Made by a program: the position numbers and the translations under genes
Part shown: positions 1 to 10,600 of the stretch, piece by piece
Layout of the letters: every line of letters begins with the position of its first letter
Numbering within the stretch: position 1 is the stretch's first letter
The notes under the pieces: model-generated
Told to the model about the DNA's origin: nothing
The model's input: the letters and a program-made list of their open reading frames with translations, nothing else
The model's database searches: none
DNA from: Methanobacteriota archaeon
Lineage (GTDB): Archaea; Thermoplasmatota; E2; DHVEG-1
DNA length: 64,000 bases
Assembly (NCBI GenBank): GCA_963769885.1
Contig: CAVYNH010000004.1
Span: 64,001-128,000 of the forward strand
Direction of reading: 5' to 3'

Positions 1-40
1 TGCCCAGGGCCATGAATGGTCGGCGCCAGCCACGACTCTG

Positions 41-460
41 TTGACAATCCAATACCTTGACCCGGATAATAGGACGGTGGTCGCCGATGCCGGTGGCCCG
101 TACCATGGCTGCATCGGGGAGCCGATTCTGTTCAACGCCTCAAAGAGCAGCTCGAGTGTTAGAGAGAATCTCAGTTATCTCTGGGATTTCGGCGACGGGG
201 CGACAGGGTCGGGCCGGACCGCGTCCCATGCGTACGCGACCCCCGGGGAATACAATGTCACATTGACGGTGTCCGCCTCAAATGATGTCGAGGTATCAAC
301 GACGCAGGCTGCCGTCTTGGAATCAGGGTCACACATGGTCCCCTCTGGGTCGTCTCAAGGTTCGCTTCCCCTCTCGCCGTTGGTCTTGGGTGTCCTTGGC
401 CTTGGCGTGGCTATCCTTGCCACAGCAGTAGGCCTAATGCTGTGGCGTCGGCGATCCTAG
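41..460 (+). CDS. PKD-domain membrane-anchored protein (3' part; gene probably starts before the window)
   Basis: ADAGGPY...FNAS.S...YLWDFGDG...HAYATPGEYNVTLTV PKD motif; C-terminal TM helix followed by RRRS. Confidence 0.8.
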   Translation: MTIQYLDPDNRTVVADAGGPYHGCIGEPILFNASKSSSSVRENLSYLWDFGDGATGSGRTASHAYATPGEYNVTLTVSASNDVEVSTTQAAVLESGSHMVPSGSSQGSLPLSPLVLGVLGLGVAILATAVGLMLWRRRS

Positions 461-497
461 CTGGTTTGGGGAAACGTATAAGGAATAGGTCTGAGAT

Positions 498-1388
498 ATG
501 GGAAGGCGAGGAGAGATGATGCGCTCTATTCGGAAGGTGCGGAATTCCGCGGTTGCGGGAGTCATCGAGGCACTGCTGTTAGTCGGTCTGGTCGCGATCA
601 TCATTTCCATGATCCAGCTGGTCTACATCCCTCAGGTCATGGAGCAGCGGGAGGCGGATCACATGGATCAAGTCTTCAATCAACTGTCTCAGTTGAAAGC
701 GATGGTCGATGTCCAGATGATGACGAAGTCGTCCTCACCAATTTCCTCGACCCTGACCTTGGGGAGTCCGAAGCTGCCGTACTTCCTGACAGTGCAATCA
801 GTGGGCCGTTTGGCGTACGAGAATGAAACCAGCTCGAATATCACCGTGTACAACTCGGTGACCCCTGTTAGAGTGGTTCTACCGTCTTTGCAGTATTTGG
901 GTGAGAATTCGTATTTCGTGAATCAGGAGTACGTGCTGGAGGGCGGCGGGATCATTGTGAATCAGGATGAGGGGGGCTCGGTGATGCGGGCGAATCCTTC
1001 AATCGATGTCCAGAATGAGACCTATACTATCGTCGTTAATTGGACGTTCCCGTATTTCAGTGGCGTCGAAGGGAAGACGCAGACGGAAGGCCTAGGGAGA
1101 TGCTGCGTTCGGACGAATTTTTCCTCACTGTTGCCGCCGCAGAGCTTTACCATTCATCCAGGAGGGTTTTTCAGGATCTATACGAAATACGACGCTGCCT
1201 GGAACAAGACGATGCATGATTTCTTAGGGATCTATGAGAAGAACGGGTACATTACGATTTATAGCTACGATGCAGAACCGAGGAACTATGTCGAGGTTCA
1301 TGTCAGCCTGTTAAGCTCAAAGGATGTTTTCTTGGAGTTGCATCCGATGGTCATTAAGGTTCAAATCGGTCCAGGGTGGATTGAATAG
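498..1388 (+). CDS. Archaeal type IV pilin-like protein (class III signal peptide)
   Basis: Basic N-terminus, then SA|VAGVIEALLLVGLVAIIISMIQLVYIP hydrophobic helix, then a beta-rich domain. Confidence 0.65.
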   Translation: MGRRGEMMRSIRKVRNSAVAGVIEALLLVGLVAIIISMIQLVYIPQVMEQREADHMDQVFNQLSQLKAMVDVQMMTKSSSPISSTLTLGSPKLPYFLTVQSVGRLAYENETSSNITVYNSVTPVRVVLPSLQYLGENSYFVNQEYVLEGGGIIVNQDEGGSVMRANPSIDVQNETYTIVVNWTFPYFSGVEGKTQTEGLGRCCVRTNFSSLLPPQSFTIHPGGFFRIYTKYDAAWNKTMHDFLGIYEKNGYITIYSYDAEPRNYVEVHVSLLSSKDVFLELHPMVIKVQIGPGWIE

Positions 1389-1412
1389 GCGCAAACCTGG
1401 AACGAGCCTTGT

Positions 1413-2192
1413 ATGAGCGAGGTAATAACGGAGAAGAATGAGCAGGAGGTTGTCCTGCGGACCCGCATTCCCGGGTTTGATGAGTTGTTCGCAGAGGGCG
1501 GCATCCCTCGGCATAACGCGGTCCTCATCGCGGGGGGGACGGGGACGGGGAAGAGCACGTTCTGCCGCCAGGTCTGTTTCAACCTGGTGAGCGCGGGGCG
1601 GCACTGCATGTACGTCAGCTTCGAGGAGAGCACCGAGAAAATCGTACGCAGCATGACCGCGTTCGGGTGGGATGCGAAGGCGTACGTGGACAACGGTTCG
1701 CTGCTGATCCAGAAGATTAACCCGTTGGATATCCTGCGGATGAAGTTTGGGTCGGTGAGCGGGACCGGGTCGGCGACGGAGCTATCGTATAAGATCAAGC
1801 CACTGATCATCCCGAAGGGTTTCAACCCGGAGCTCATTGTCGTCGACTCCCTGACCGCGATCATCTCCGCGTCAATCAGCAAGGAGAAGAACTATCGGGT
1901 GTACCTGCAGCAGCTGTTCAGTTTCTTTGAGGAGACGGGGGCGACATCGTTTTTGATTACGGAGACGGAGCCGATGCCGACGCGGTTCAGCGAGACCGGC
2001 ATCGAGGAGTTCCTCGCAGATGGGATCCTGGTGTTATATAATATTCAGCGGGGGGACCGTCGGGAGAACGCGGTGGAGGTGTTGAAGATGCGGTACTCGC
2101 AGCATCAGAAAAAGGTGTTTCTGCTGGAGATAAATAGGGAGGGGATCCGGGTGTATCCGGACCGCCAGGTGATCCTGCCGTCTTATAAATAG
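1413..2192 (+). other. Single-domain KaiC/RAD55-like ATPase
   Basis: TRIPGFDEL, Walker A GGTGTGKS, YVSFEE, VVDSLT, EFLADG, VLKMR. Confidence 0.9.
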
Positions 2193-2413
2193 GTGTAGGG
2201 TTCTTTGTGGTCGTCGAGGCGTTTGACGTTGAAGGTGGTGAGGAGCGCCTCGAGGGCTTTGACCTGTTGTTTGGACAGACCGATGCGGCGGATGAGGATG
2301 TTGTCGTACTCGTCGTAGATCGTGAGGGTGCCGGCCTCGTGGTTAGAGATGGCCTTGAGGATTCGGTAGTTCTGCACCCAGATCCAGATTTTGATGCTGT
2401 GGTTCTGTGCCAT
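2183..2413 (-). CDS. Small hypothetical protein between the KaiC-like genes
   Basis: 76-aa ORF with backbone-like codon usage and an AT-rich promoter-like region at 2435-2490. Confidence 0.6.
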   Translation of the reverse strand: MAQNHSIKIWIWVQNYRILKAISNHEAGTLTIYDEYDNILIRRIGLSKQQVKALEALLTTFNVKRLDDHKEPYTYL

Positions 2414-2567
2414 GGGAATCTGTCCCTGTCTTCTTAATTATATGTTCGGCTTTATAAATATATAAATATTTTCATAAAAATTAATATAAACCGTGCGACA
2501 GGCTCGCAGACTCGGTGATAAATTAATTATACGTGCAGGCCGATACCAGACCCTGAGGATGGATGCC

Positions 2568-3326
2568 ATGACACTCCTGCAAACAGATAAAAAGCCAACC
2601 GGCACCATGACCCAACGCATCAAAACCGGCGTCCCAGGGCTCGACCAGCTCCTGTCAGGCGGCTTCCCCAAACAAACCATCACCCTCGTCAGCGGACCTC
2701 CCGGCAGCGGCAAGTCGATCCTCTGCTACCAGTTCATCGCCCAGGGCGTTGCCGACGGCCACAAATGCCTCTACCTCACGCTGGACAAGAAGATCGAAGG
2801 CCTCCTCACCCAGGCCAACGAACTCGGCCTCAACTTCCAGCAGGCCATCGATAATGGTCAGGTCAAGTTCCTCTTCCTCAACATCAACAAGAAGCTCATC
2901 TACGAGACCATGGTCAACGAGATCCTCTCGGGTAAATACGACCGCATCGTCCTAGACTCCATCACACCGCTCTCCGAGATGCCGATCTACATCAACAACC
3001 CCGAGTTCGCCAGCGACCTCAGCAACGTCGACCCTGAAGAGCTCGCCAGTGGCAACTTCCCGGTCCGCCGCCTCCATCTCCATTACATCATGAACGCCTT
3101 GGAGACCTCCGGCTGTACTGCGGTCATCACCAGCGAGCTGCCTGCCGGTTCTAACCATATGTCCCGTGACGGCCTCTCGGAGTTTCTCGCCGACGGCGTC
3201 ATCGTCCTGAGCCTTGACCCGACCATGGACCGCCGCAAGCTCGCAGTCTTGAAGATGCGCAGCACCAAGCACACGCTGAAGCCGCAGGACATGCAGATCG
3301 ACAAGGGCGGCATCCGCCTCGGCTGA
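2568..3326 (+). CDS. Second single-domain KaiC/RAD55-like ATPase
   Basis: IKTGVPGLD, Walker A GPPGSGKS, IVLDSIT, SEFLADG, VLKMR; start moved to an internal ATG (2568; 2608 is also possible). Confidence 0.9.
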   Translation: MTLLQTDKKPTGTMTQRIKTGVPGLDQLLSGGFPKQTITLVSGPPGSGKSILCYQFIAQGVADGHKCLYLTLDKKIEGLLTQANELGLNFQQAIDNGQVKFLFLNINKKLIYETMVNEILSGKYDRIVLDSITPLSEMPIYINNPEFASDLSNVDPEELASGNFPVRRLHLHYIMNALETSGCTAVITSELPAGSNHMSRDGLSEFLADGVIVLSLDPTMDRRKLAVLKMRSTKHTLKPQDMQIDKGGIRLG

Positions 3327-3349
3327 CCCAGTTCCCCTGTTGATCTTAC

Positions 3350-3817
3350 ATGCTGCACTATCGGCCTCCGAAGGAACTGCGCGCCCTCTTCATCGTCCAC
3401 TATGCGCCGCTGATCCTCATTATCCTGACGGGGCCGCTCACCGCGTTCTACAGCGTCTTCAAATTACCGACGCCGATGCTGCCGACGATCCTCGCCGGCG
3501 TGATCTTATTCCTCGCCGCGGCCTATGTCTACTTCAAATGGGAGTTCTTCTGGTACCGTGAATACCATGGGCAGCTGGTGACCGGTGGCATCTTCCAGAG
3601 AATCCGGCATCCGCACTACACCTCGATCCTGATCGCCGGCTACGGCCTCGCGATTTTCTTCTACTCTCTCTTCGCGCTGGTTGTCGCGACCATCGCAATC
3701 CCGATCATGATATGGAGCATCGTGGACGAGGAGAAGCTCCTGGTGCGCCAGTACGGGGAGGATTACCGGCGGTACATGAAAGAGGTGCCCTGGCGGATCA
3801 TCCCCTACCTCTTTTAG
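3350..3817 (+). CDS. Isoprenylcysteine carboxyl methyltransferase / PEMT family membrane protein
   Basis: LVTGGIFQRIRHPHY and EEKLL...YGEDY..Y...VP motifs. Confidence 0.85.
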   Translation: MLHYRPPKELRALFIVHYAPLILIILTGPLTAFYSVFKLPTPMLPTILAGVILFLAAAYVYFKWEFFWYREYHGQLVTGGIFQRIRHPHYTSILIAGYGLAIFFYSLFALVVATIAIPIMIWSIVDEEKLLVRQYGEDYRRYMKEVPWRIIPYLF

Positions 3818-3827
3818 GAAAAATTGT

Positions 3828-4871
3828 TTATTGGACTTTGAACCAGCCGCGGCGCCGCATGATCATGTAGATAAACACCGAGGACAGGACCGTAGAGATT
3901 ACAAGAATCGTCAGCGACACATGCCAGTCGAGAAAATTGAACGTCGGCATCCCGAAGATCGTCGCCAGCGTGTTGGGGACCATAACGACGGTCGCCAGTA
4001 CCGCCAGCCACGCGGCGAGGAACGCGAGCCGATTGTTCAACATCTGCAGCTGGTTATTGTAAATCGTCTGCAGCACCTCAAGACCCGAGGCCAGCACCTC
4101 ACTCATATGCTCGGCCAAGGAGATGTTCCGTGAGATATCATCGCCGAGGATCCCGATACGCTGCAGGAGCTTAGGGCTGTCCGTGATGAGCTCCGCGTCT
4201 CCGTACCGCAGGGAGTTGACGACATCGAGGGACGCCCACAGCGTGTTGAGGTACATGATGAGCCCGTGTTTCATCTTGTAGATGTCGTTGCCGATCTCGA
4301 CGCGGGGGGCATGGATGTCGACCATGTACTTGCCGAGCTCGTCACCCTCCTCCTCGATCGCCCGTAGGCCCATGAAGTTGCGCTCGTTGTTCTCGTCAAG
4401 CAGGCGGGTGACCAGGACCGTGATCTTGTCATTGGAGGGAAGGTCTTTTTTGATCTTCTTCATGAAGATGTCGGCGTACCGGTACAGCTTCTCTAGCCGC
4501 ACAACCTCCTGAGGGTGGATCGTGACGACTAGGTTCTTCCGTATGAGGATTAGCAAGGGGTAGACGTTCACCTCGAACTCATGGACCCGGATCGCCGGTA
4601 TCATCAGCCCTAGCTCGTACTCGTTGTCCTCGTAGGCCGAGAACCGGTTCGACAGAATCGTGGTGACGAGCTGCTCGCTGAACTTCAACGACGAGGCGAT
4701 CGCCAGGCTGTCCTTGAGGATGTCAGAAACCGAAAAATCCATCCATTCCAGTTCTTCCTCGTGCAGAAGGCTGGTGATCTCCGTGAAATCATCACTCTCA
4801 ATCTTTTGCGCACCCTGAGCAGACAGTGAGACGTAAAATGCCTTCTTGGTGTTCTTCTCAGCCTCCCCCAT
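3828..4871 (-). CDS. corA: CorA-family divalent cation transporter
   Basis: Large soluble domain, long helix and two C-terminal TM helices with IFGMP (variant of the GMN motif). Confidence 0.8.
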   Translation of the reverse strand: MGEAEKNTKKAFYVSLSAQGAQKIESDDFTEITSLLHEEELEWMDFSVSDILKDSLAIASSLKFSEQLVTTILSNRFSAYEDNEYELGLMIPAIRVHEFEVNVYPLLILIRKNLVVTIHPQEVVRLEKLYRYADIFMKKIKKDLPSNDKITVLVTRLLDENNERNFMGLRAIEEEGDELGKYMVDIHAPRVEIGNDIYKMKHGLIMYLNTLWASLDVVNSLRYGDAELITDSPKLLQRIGILGDDISRNISLAEHMSEVLASGLEVLQTIYNNQLQMLNNRLAFLAAWLAVLATVVMVPNTLATIFGMPTFNFLDWHVSLTILVISTVLSSVFIYMIMRRRGWFKVQ

Positions 4872-5058
4872 GGTGGGCTTCCCCTAGTGAAATCTGACCC
4901 TACATCGGCCCACACCATTTAAAGGCTGCGAAAGTATCACACCATGCGCCCTGCCATTTTTCAAATGAACCGGCGTGTTCCTTCCATCCGATGCGTTTTA
5001 TATTTGACAAAACTATTAATATACATATGACCCTAGATTCCTCTCATAGAGGACATCG

Positions 5059-6828
5059 ATGAAACGCAAGAATCTCAGGGGCTCCACCGGCATCCGATTC
5101 ATAGCGTCGTCCCTCGTCCTACTATTCCTCACCTCACCCTGCGTCTCACTCTGTTCTTCCAAAGTGATCAGCATGAACCCATCGATGACCGTGGACGGCC
5201 GGATCTTGTACGCACCCATGGATTCCCAGGCAACGTATTTGATCAACAGCGACGGCAGCGTGAACCACATCTGGCTCAGCCAGTATTTCCCCGGGGAGAT
5301 GGTCCGCTGGCTCGGCGACGGCTCCATCCTTCGCACCATCAAGGTCAGCCTATCCGGTGTCGGCGGCTCCGGCGGAGGCATCCAACGAGTAACATGGGAC
5401 GGGTCCGTCACCTGGGACTACCGATATAACACCGAGCAAAACCTCAGCCACCACGACATCATGCCGCTGCCCAACGGCAACGTGCTCATGATCGCCTGGG
5501 AGAAAAAAACCCGCACCGAAGCAATCGCCGCCGGCAGAAACCCAGCCACTATCACCTCGGACACCTTCATGCCGGACCACCTCATCGAAGTCAAACCCAC
5601 CGGCCCCACCAGCGGCCAGATCGTCTGGGAATGGCACGTCTGGGACCACCTCATCCAAGACTACGACCCCACCGCAGCCAACTACGGCGACGTCGCCCAG
5701 CACCCCGAACTCATCGACCTCAACTACGGCATCATCGACCCCCTCCTCTCCGACTGGCTCCACACCGACTCCATCGACTACAACCCACAATTCAACCAAA
5801 TCCTCCTCAGCGTCCACAACTTCAACGAAATCTGGGTCATCGACCACAGCACCACCACCCAGCAGGCCGCAGGCCACACCGGCGGCCGCAGCGGCAAGGG
5901 AGGCGACCTCCTCTACCGCTGGGGCAACCCCCAGGCCTACCGGGTAGGCACCGCAGCCGACGACCAGCTCTTCGGCCAGCACGACGCCGCCTGGATCAAG
6001 CCGGGCTACCCCGGCGAAGGAGACATCCTCATCTTCAACAACGGCTTCAACCGCCCCACCGGCATCTTCTCCACCGTCGTAGAAATCATCCCCCCGGTCA
6101 ACGAAACCGGGGTGTACACGTTGCAGCCTGGCGCCGCGTACGGACCGGACGCCCCAATCTGGAGCTATGAGGCCGATCCCCCCGCCAGCCGCTACTCCGG
6201 GCTGTTCTCCGGCGCCCAACGGCTCACCGACGGCAACACCTTGATCTGCGATGGAGCAGCCGGACGATTCTTCGAAGTCACCCCCTACGGCGACACTGTC
6301 TGGGAATACCTCAACATGCACCCCAATCCAGTCATGAACAACATTTTCAAAATCGTCTTCATCCCCACCGAGGTACCCAACGGCCCGAATCTTCACTGCA
6401 TCGGAAGCTTCTCCTGGACCAGGATCAGGCCCGGCCAGACCGTCACTGGCAGCTTCCAGGTCCAAAACATCGGCTCATCCGGCTCACGGCTCAACTGGAC
6501 CACCAACACCTCTTCCCTCACCTGGGGGACCTGGTCATGCCAGCCGGCCCACGAGAAGAACCTCTTACCGACGGTCGGCTCGCTTACCGTCAACGTCACC
6601 GTCACCGCCCCCGACCAGGCCCATGGACGTTTCGAGGGATACCTCCGCGTGGAGAACACGCAGGACCCTACCGATTTCGAACTCATCCCCGTCACCCTCA
6701 AAACTCCCGTCATCACACAGCACTTCCCCTTCCTTTGGCAGCTGCTTCACCAGATACTCCAGCGACATCCCCTCCTTGAAAAAATAGCAGATGCCCTCCC
6801 TCAGACATCCAGGCCTTTTTTCAGTTAA
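5059..6828 (+). CDS. Secreted aryl-sulfate sulfotransferase (ASST)-family protein with C-terminal Ig-like domain
   Basis: HHDIMPLPNGN, DWLH.DSI, GQHDA, AQRLTDGNTLI motifs; signal peptide. Confidence 0.85.
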   Translation: MKRKNLRGSTGIRFIASSLVLLFLTSPCVSLCSSKVISMNPSMTVDGRILYAPMDSQATYLINSDGSVNHIWLSQYFPGEMVRWLGDGSILRTIKVSLSGVGGSGGGIQRVTWDGSVTWDYRYNTEQNLSHHDIMPLPNGNVLMIAWEKKTRTEAIAAGRNPATITSDTFMPDHLIEVKPTGPTSGQIVWEWHVWDHLIQDYDPTAANYGDVAQHPELIDLNYGIIDPLLSDWLHTDSIDYNPQFNQILLSVHNFNEIWVIDHSTTTQQAAGHTGGRSGKGGDLLYRWGNPQAYRVGTAADDQLFGQHDAAWIKPGYPGEGDILIFNNGFNRPTGIFSTVVEIIPPVNETGVYTLQPGAAYGPDAPIWSYEADPPASRYSGLFSGAQRLTDGNTLICDGAAGRFFEVTPYGDTVWEYLNMHPNPVMNNIFKIVFIPTEVPNGPNLHCIGSFSWTRIRPGQTVTGSFQVQNIGSSGSRLNWTTNTSSLTWGTWSCQPAHEKNLLPTVGSLTVNVTVTAPDQAHGRFEGYLRVENTQDPTDFELIPVTLKTPVITQHFPFLWQLLHQILQRHPLLEKIADALPQTSRPFFS

Positions 6829-6848
6829 AAGAAAAACAGTGAGCGGAC

Positions 6849-6966
6849 CTGTCGGGGTTAAGGTTTTCACGCTTCTGTTGAAAATCTTAACAAACACCCC
6901 TACAACGCGGTTGAATAGTTCGCCTACATTACTCTCTAAAATCTTTCTCTTTTTTCTTTCCTTTTT
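6849..6966. repeat. Repeat B copy 1 (direct repeat of 50842-50960)
   Basis: 92/93 identical bases with 50842-50934; internal hairpin GTTAAGGTTTTCA/TGAAAATCTTAAC; pyrimidine-rich tail. Confidence 0.9.
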
Positions 6967-7030
6967 CTCAATTCTAAATGACCTCTCGTCCGAATTTACA
7001 CCATCTAAGCGCATGATCTACGCTTCAGGC

Positions 7031-7140
7031 CAGTGGTCTAGTGGTAAATACGGTAGAATAACCGGTGTGTTTATTCGTCGAAAAAGTCAGCGAAATTTTC
7101 CACGGACTTACTAAAACTCTTCTCTTTTTTTCTCCCCTTT
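7031..7140. repeat. Repeat C copy 1 (diverged duplicate of 18431-18540)
   Basis: Shared blocks AGTGGTCTAGTGGT, AATAACCG, TCAGCGAA, ACGGACTTACTAAAA. Confidence 0.75.
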
Positions 7141-7189
7141 ATACAAGAGGACTTCTTGATTAAAGGCATAGTGTAACTACACTATTTTG

Positions 7190-7218
7190 AATTGCGGTTA
7201 AGGTCTTTAACCGCAATT
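7190..7218. promoter_or_regulatory. Perfect 12-bp inverted repeat (possible protein-binding or recombination site)
   Basis: AATTGCGGTTAA-GGTCT-TTAACCGCAATT; a related site lies at 17335-17363. Confidence 0.45.
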
Positions 7219-7626
7219 ATCCATTATCAACCAGGTCACCAAGGCCATTGACATTTGGATATTTTTCTTGCAAACTTTAATATAGAAAATATGAATAAAT
7301 TAATATTCGAAGAGTCATCCCAATTGTAAAAAAGATAAAGGAGGTGAAACGACGCTCCTCTCATTCGTTGGCGAAGTTGGGCATAGGATCCTTACCATCG
7401 GCCAGCAGGCACTGAAAGCCACGTACACCATCTTGAAATAATCCGGTACTTTCTAATTCAATGCCTTTTCACGCGATATTCATTAGTCCATTGAATAATT
7501 TCCCCTTCCATTCGTTGATAATGCATACCAAGACTATTTCCAAAGCTCCTACAAGAAACAAGAATTATCCTGTCGCTTTTCAAAGATTTTGGAAAAGAAA
7601 AAAAGAGAATCAGGCAAAACGCCTGA

Positions 7627-10600
7627 TTATTTGACCACGGTGAACTGCCAGGAGGCCTCAATCTTATTTTGATCGCTGTCAACCAAGATGTTACCATTGG
7701 GGTCACGGAACGCGGCATAGACACGGTACAACCCTTCGCCATTGGTAAGATCACAGGCCCGCACAAGGCCGTTGAAGATCTGGTCCAATGCAAGCTGCTG
7801 CCCCGGTTCAATCATCCTGGGGCTCGTCTCATTCACTGCATCATTGTCAAGGATCCATTCCTTGGATTGAGGATCATAGAACTGCACTTGAATCAACAGA
7901 TACCCGCTGAGATTCGTGGTGCCTGTGTTCTTGATTTTCGACTGGTTCTCATGGACGATAACAAGCCTTGGCGCGAAATCAGCTCCTTGTTCACTGTTGA
8001 AGAAGTCGACGTATTCATCCCCGGTCGGCGGTAGCGCAGCGATATCACGGCTGCTGCGCAGACAGAGCTTCGTCCAATGACTCAAATTAATCCATTCCTC
8101 GTTTTTGGTGTTGGTAAGCTCGATGTCGTTGTACCCTTCGACGAGATTAGCGGTATTCAACGTCCCAGTAATGTTGCTGTAATACGCTTTGTTATAATCT
8201 GTTGTATCAAGAGGATCTTTGGGATGATCCGGCTGCCCGCTCTGCACCTGGATATTGAAATCAGTGTCGGAACTATCGCCAGCATTATAGAGACTGAGTG
8301 TCACATTGTGTATGACCATGTTGCTGGGAAGCATCGAGGTATTGAAGTACAGGAATCCCCGGTAGATGTAATAGTCCGAGGAGAAAGTCTCCTGCCCGAT
8401 CTGGATGAATAAATTGGGGTCACATATCGGACCATTCGCTGTTGTCGCCTCCCATGCATCCTCATAATGGGCATCAAAACGGGGGAGATAACTAGCGCTA
8501 CTGCTAGAATCCACGGTCAACGTCGGATCAATGATCACCGGGAATTGTAGAGTCATCAGGTCAGAGTATTTACAGCCGGAGAGCAGGTACCATTCCCCTC
8601 CCATCCTGATGATGCGGTATTTCAATGGCAGGCGATGACTGGCGTTTTGCAGCTCATACGCATCATCAATGGGCATGGCGCATTTGAAAATCCCTGTAGC
8701 GTCTTTGAAGGACAGGCGCCCGTTCTCAATCGTGATGTTGCCGGTGATTTCACTGGAGGCGTTGTAGAGATGCAGTGTTAGAGGGTCGAGTTTGGTGATG
8801 AAGACGAGGTATGATGTCTGTGTATTCAGTCCATAGGATGATGGAGGATGAGCGAGTAGCATTGATTTCGCTGTGGTACCCAGTTGTATGTTTTCCTTCA
8901 GCATCGTTGATTGATAACGGTAGATGACATCCGTGCCGGTGAACGCGCCTGGGTAGATGACTGCGTTGTTCTGGAGTTGTCCCTGGCTACTTTGGATATT
9001 CTGAAGAATAACGTGGTTCCAGTTCTGGGAGGGATCAAGGTACCCGACTCCAAGAAGCTTCGTTCTCAGGATGTTCATTGTCGGATTCTGGGATTTGTTG
9101 TAGGCGAAGGCGACGGGCCAGGCGTTTTGGAGGTTGGGTTTGAAGTAGGCGTTGTAGAGTCCGTGGTCGTTGCCTGCTCGATATCCATAGTTGTACGCGA
9201 GATTATTGGATGTCAACAAAGTAATGTTCTGGTTGATCGGAGTCCAGGTATTGTTCTCGTTTTGATAATTGACTGGACCAGCGTATGCCTCAAGGACATC
9301 ATATCCTAAGGCGTTATCGTAATAGGTGTTCCAGGTGAGGCCGCGGCCGGTCAAGGTGTAGTTCTGTGGTGGGGATGGCGGATCTGTGAGTTCTATGTAT
9401 TCATCATTTGTGTAATGAGCTTTAAGGGTTGCGACATTTATGGATGCATGTGATGTTACATTAAAAGAATGGTCTATCGAATAATTACTGGAACCAATTT
9501 CGTCCATAGTCCAAATGGAATAGTTATATTTTCCCGAGGTCCAGCTATCGTTGAACAAATAGGAAAATGTATTGTTATTTATCTGGTTCATTGTTAGATT
9601 ATAAAAAGAATTATCAGGGTATTTGATCCTTATTTTTGTTATATTGATGGGTATTTCAAAGGATTCAATTCCCGTGGTAAGCGTAGTGTTGCCCCCAAAC
9701 CCGATAGGATTTGGAGAAGCAGAAATCATTTTGATTTCTGGTTTAGTTACGTAGCCACAGAAAATTGAATTCATCTCGTTTGGAAATTGATCCCAAACAA
9801 TGGTTGATGGGGGAACATCACTGTCATAGGTTTGGGCTTTTAACCTTCCGCAAGAAACAGTCGTACCGTCATAAGCCAAGTAGCAGGGCTGACCACTCCA
9901 ACAGACCAAAGAATAATCAGTGTTATTCCTTAGAGTGAGCGGTGTGGAAAAATTAAAAAGAACCCATGAGCCATTATCATTTGAAATCGTTTTTTCCTCT
10001 GTCATTCCTAATAATGTGTCATCGGAATTGTAAATCATGCATCTAACAGTCGATGATGTTCCAAGATCAGTTTTTATAAAAGCACACATATAATTAGCCG
10101 TTCCATTTGCGGTCATTGTAAAGGATGAGCCGGCTATTTGATTTTCAACGTTTTGGACATATCCTCCAACTTGCGGGCAGCCAACAATTTGATCGACTGG
10201 GGTAATAGTCAATGGTTCTGACCATTCGCTCATCACCCCGTATGCATCTTTAGCCCGCACTTTGACTGTAGGTTGATGAGTTCCCCATGAATAACGATGG
10301 GATTGTGAACAGGTGACTCCTGATGCTTCAGGGCCTACCCAGCCGCTGTTGGTCCCGTCACCCCAATCAAAAGTATAGAAGATATTATTATTATCCGGGT
10401 CGGTGGAAGTTGCATCGAACCAATATCTCTTGAGCCCAGTCGGCTCCGGAATTATATTAGATTGGGTTAACGTGGGTTTACAAGGTGGACTATTTGACGG
10501 AGGAATATAATATCCGGTGTGCTGGGGATCATGCTGGAACATTGGCCACTCAAGGGCAGCCGAATCAAAATCTCCACCTGGAGTCCAACAATATATTGCG

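Noticed and set aside
1413-3326. Circadian kaiABC clock
   Set aside because: Single-domain proteins; no kaiA or kaiB present.
5350-6465. Long alternative-frame ORFs (also 5631-6170, 55216-55806, 55320-56468)
   Set aside because: Shadow ORFs produced by the biased codon usage of the real overlapping genes.
7025-7060. tRNA-like 5' motif GGCCAGTGGTCTAGTGGT (also near 18427)
   Set aside because: Resembles a D-arm, but no anticodon arm, T-arm or acceptor stem follows.
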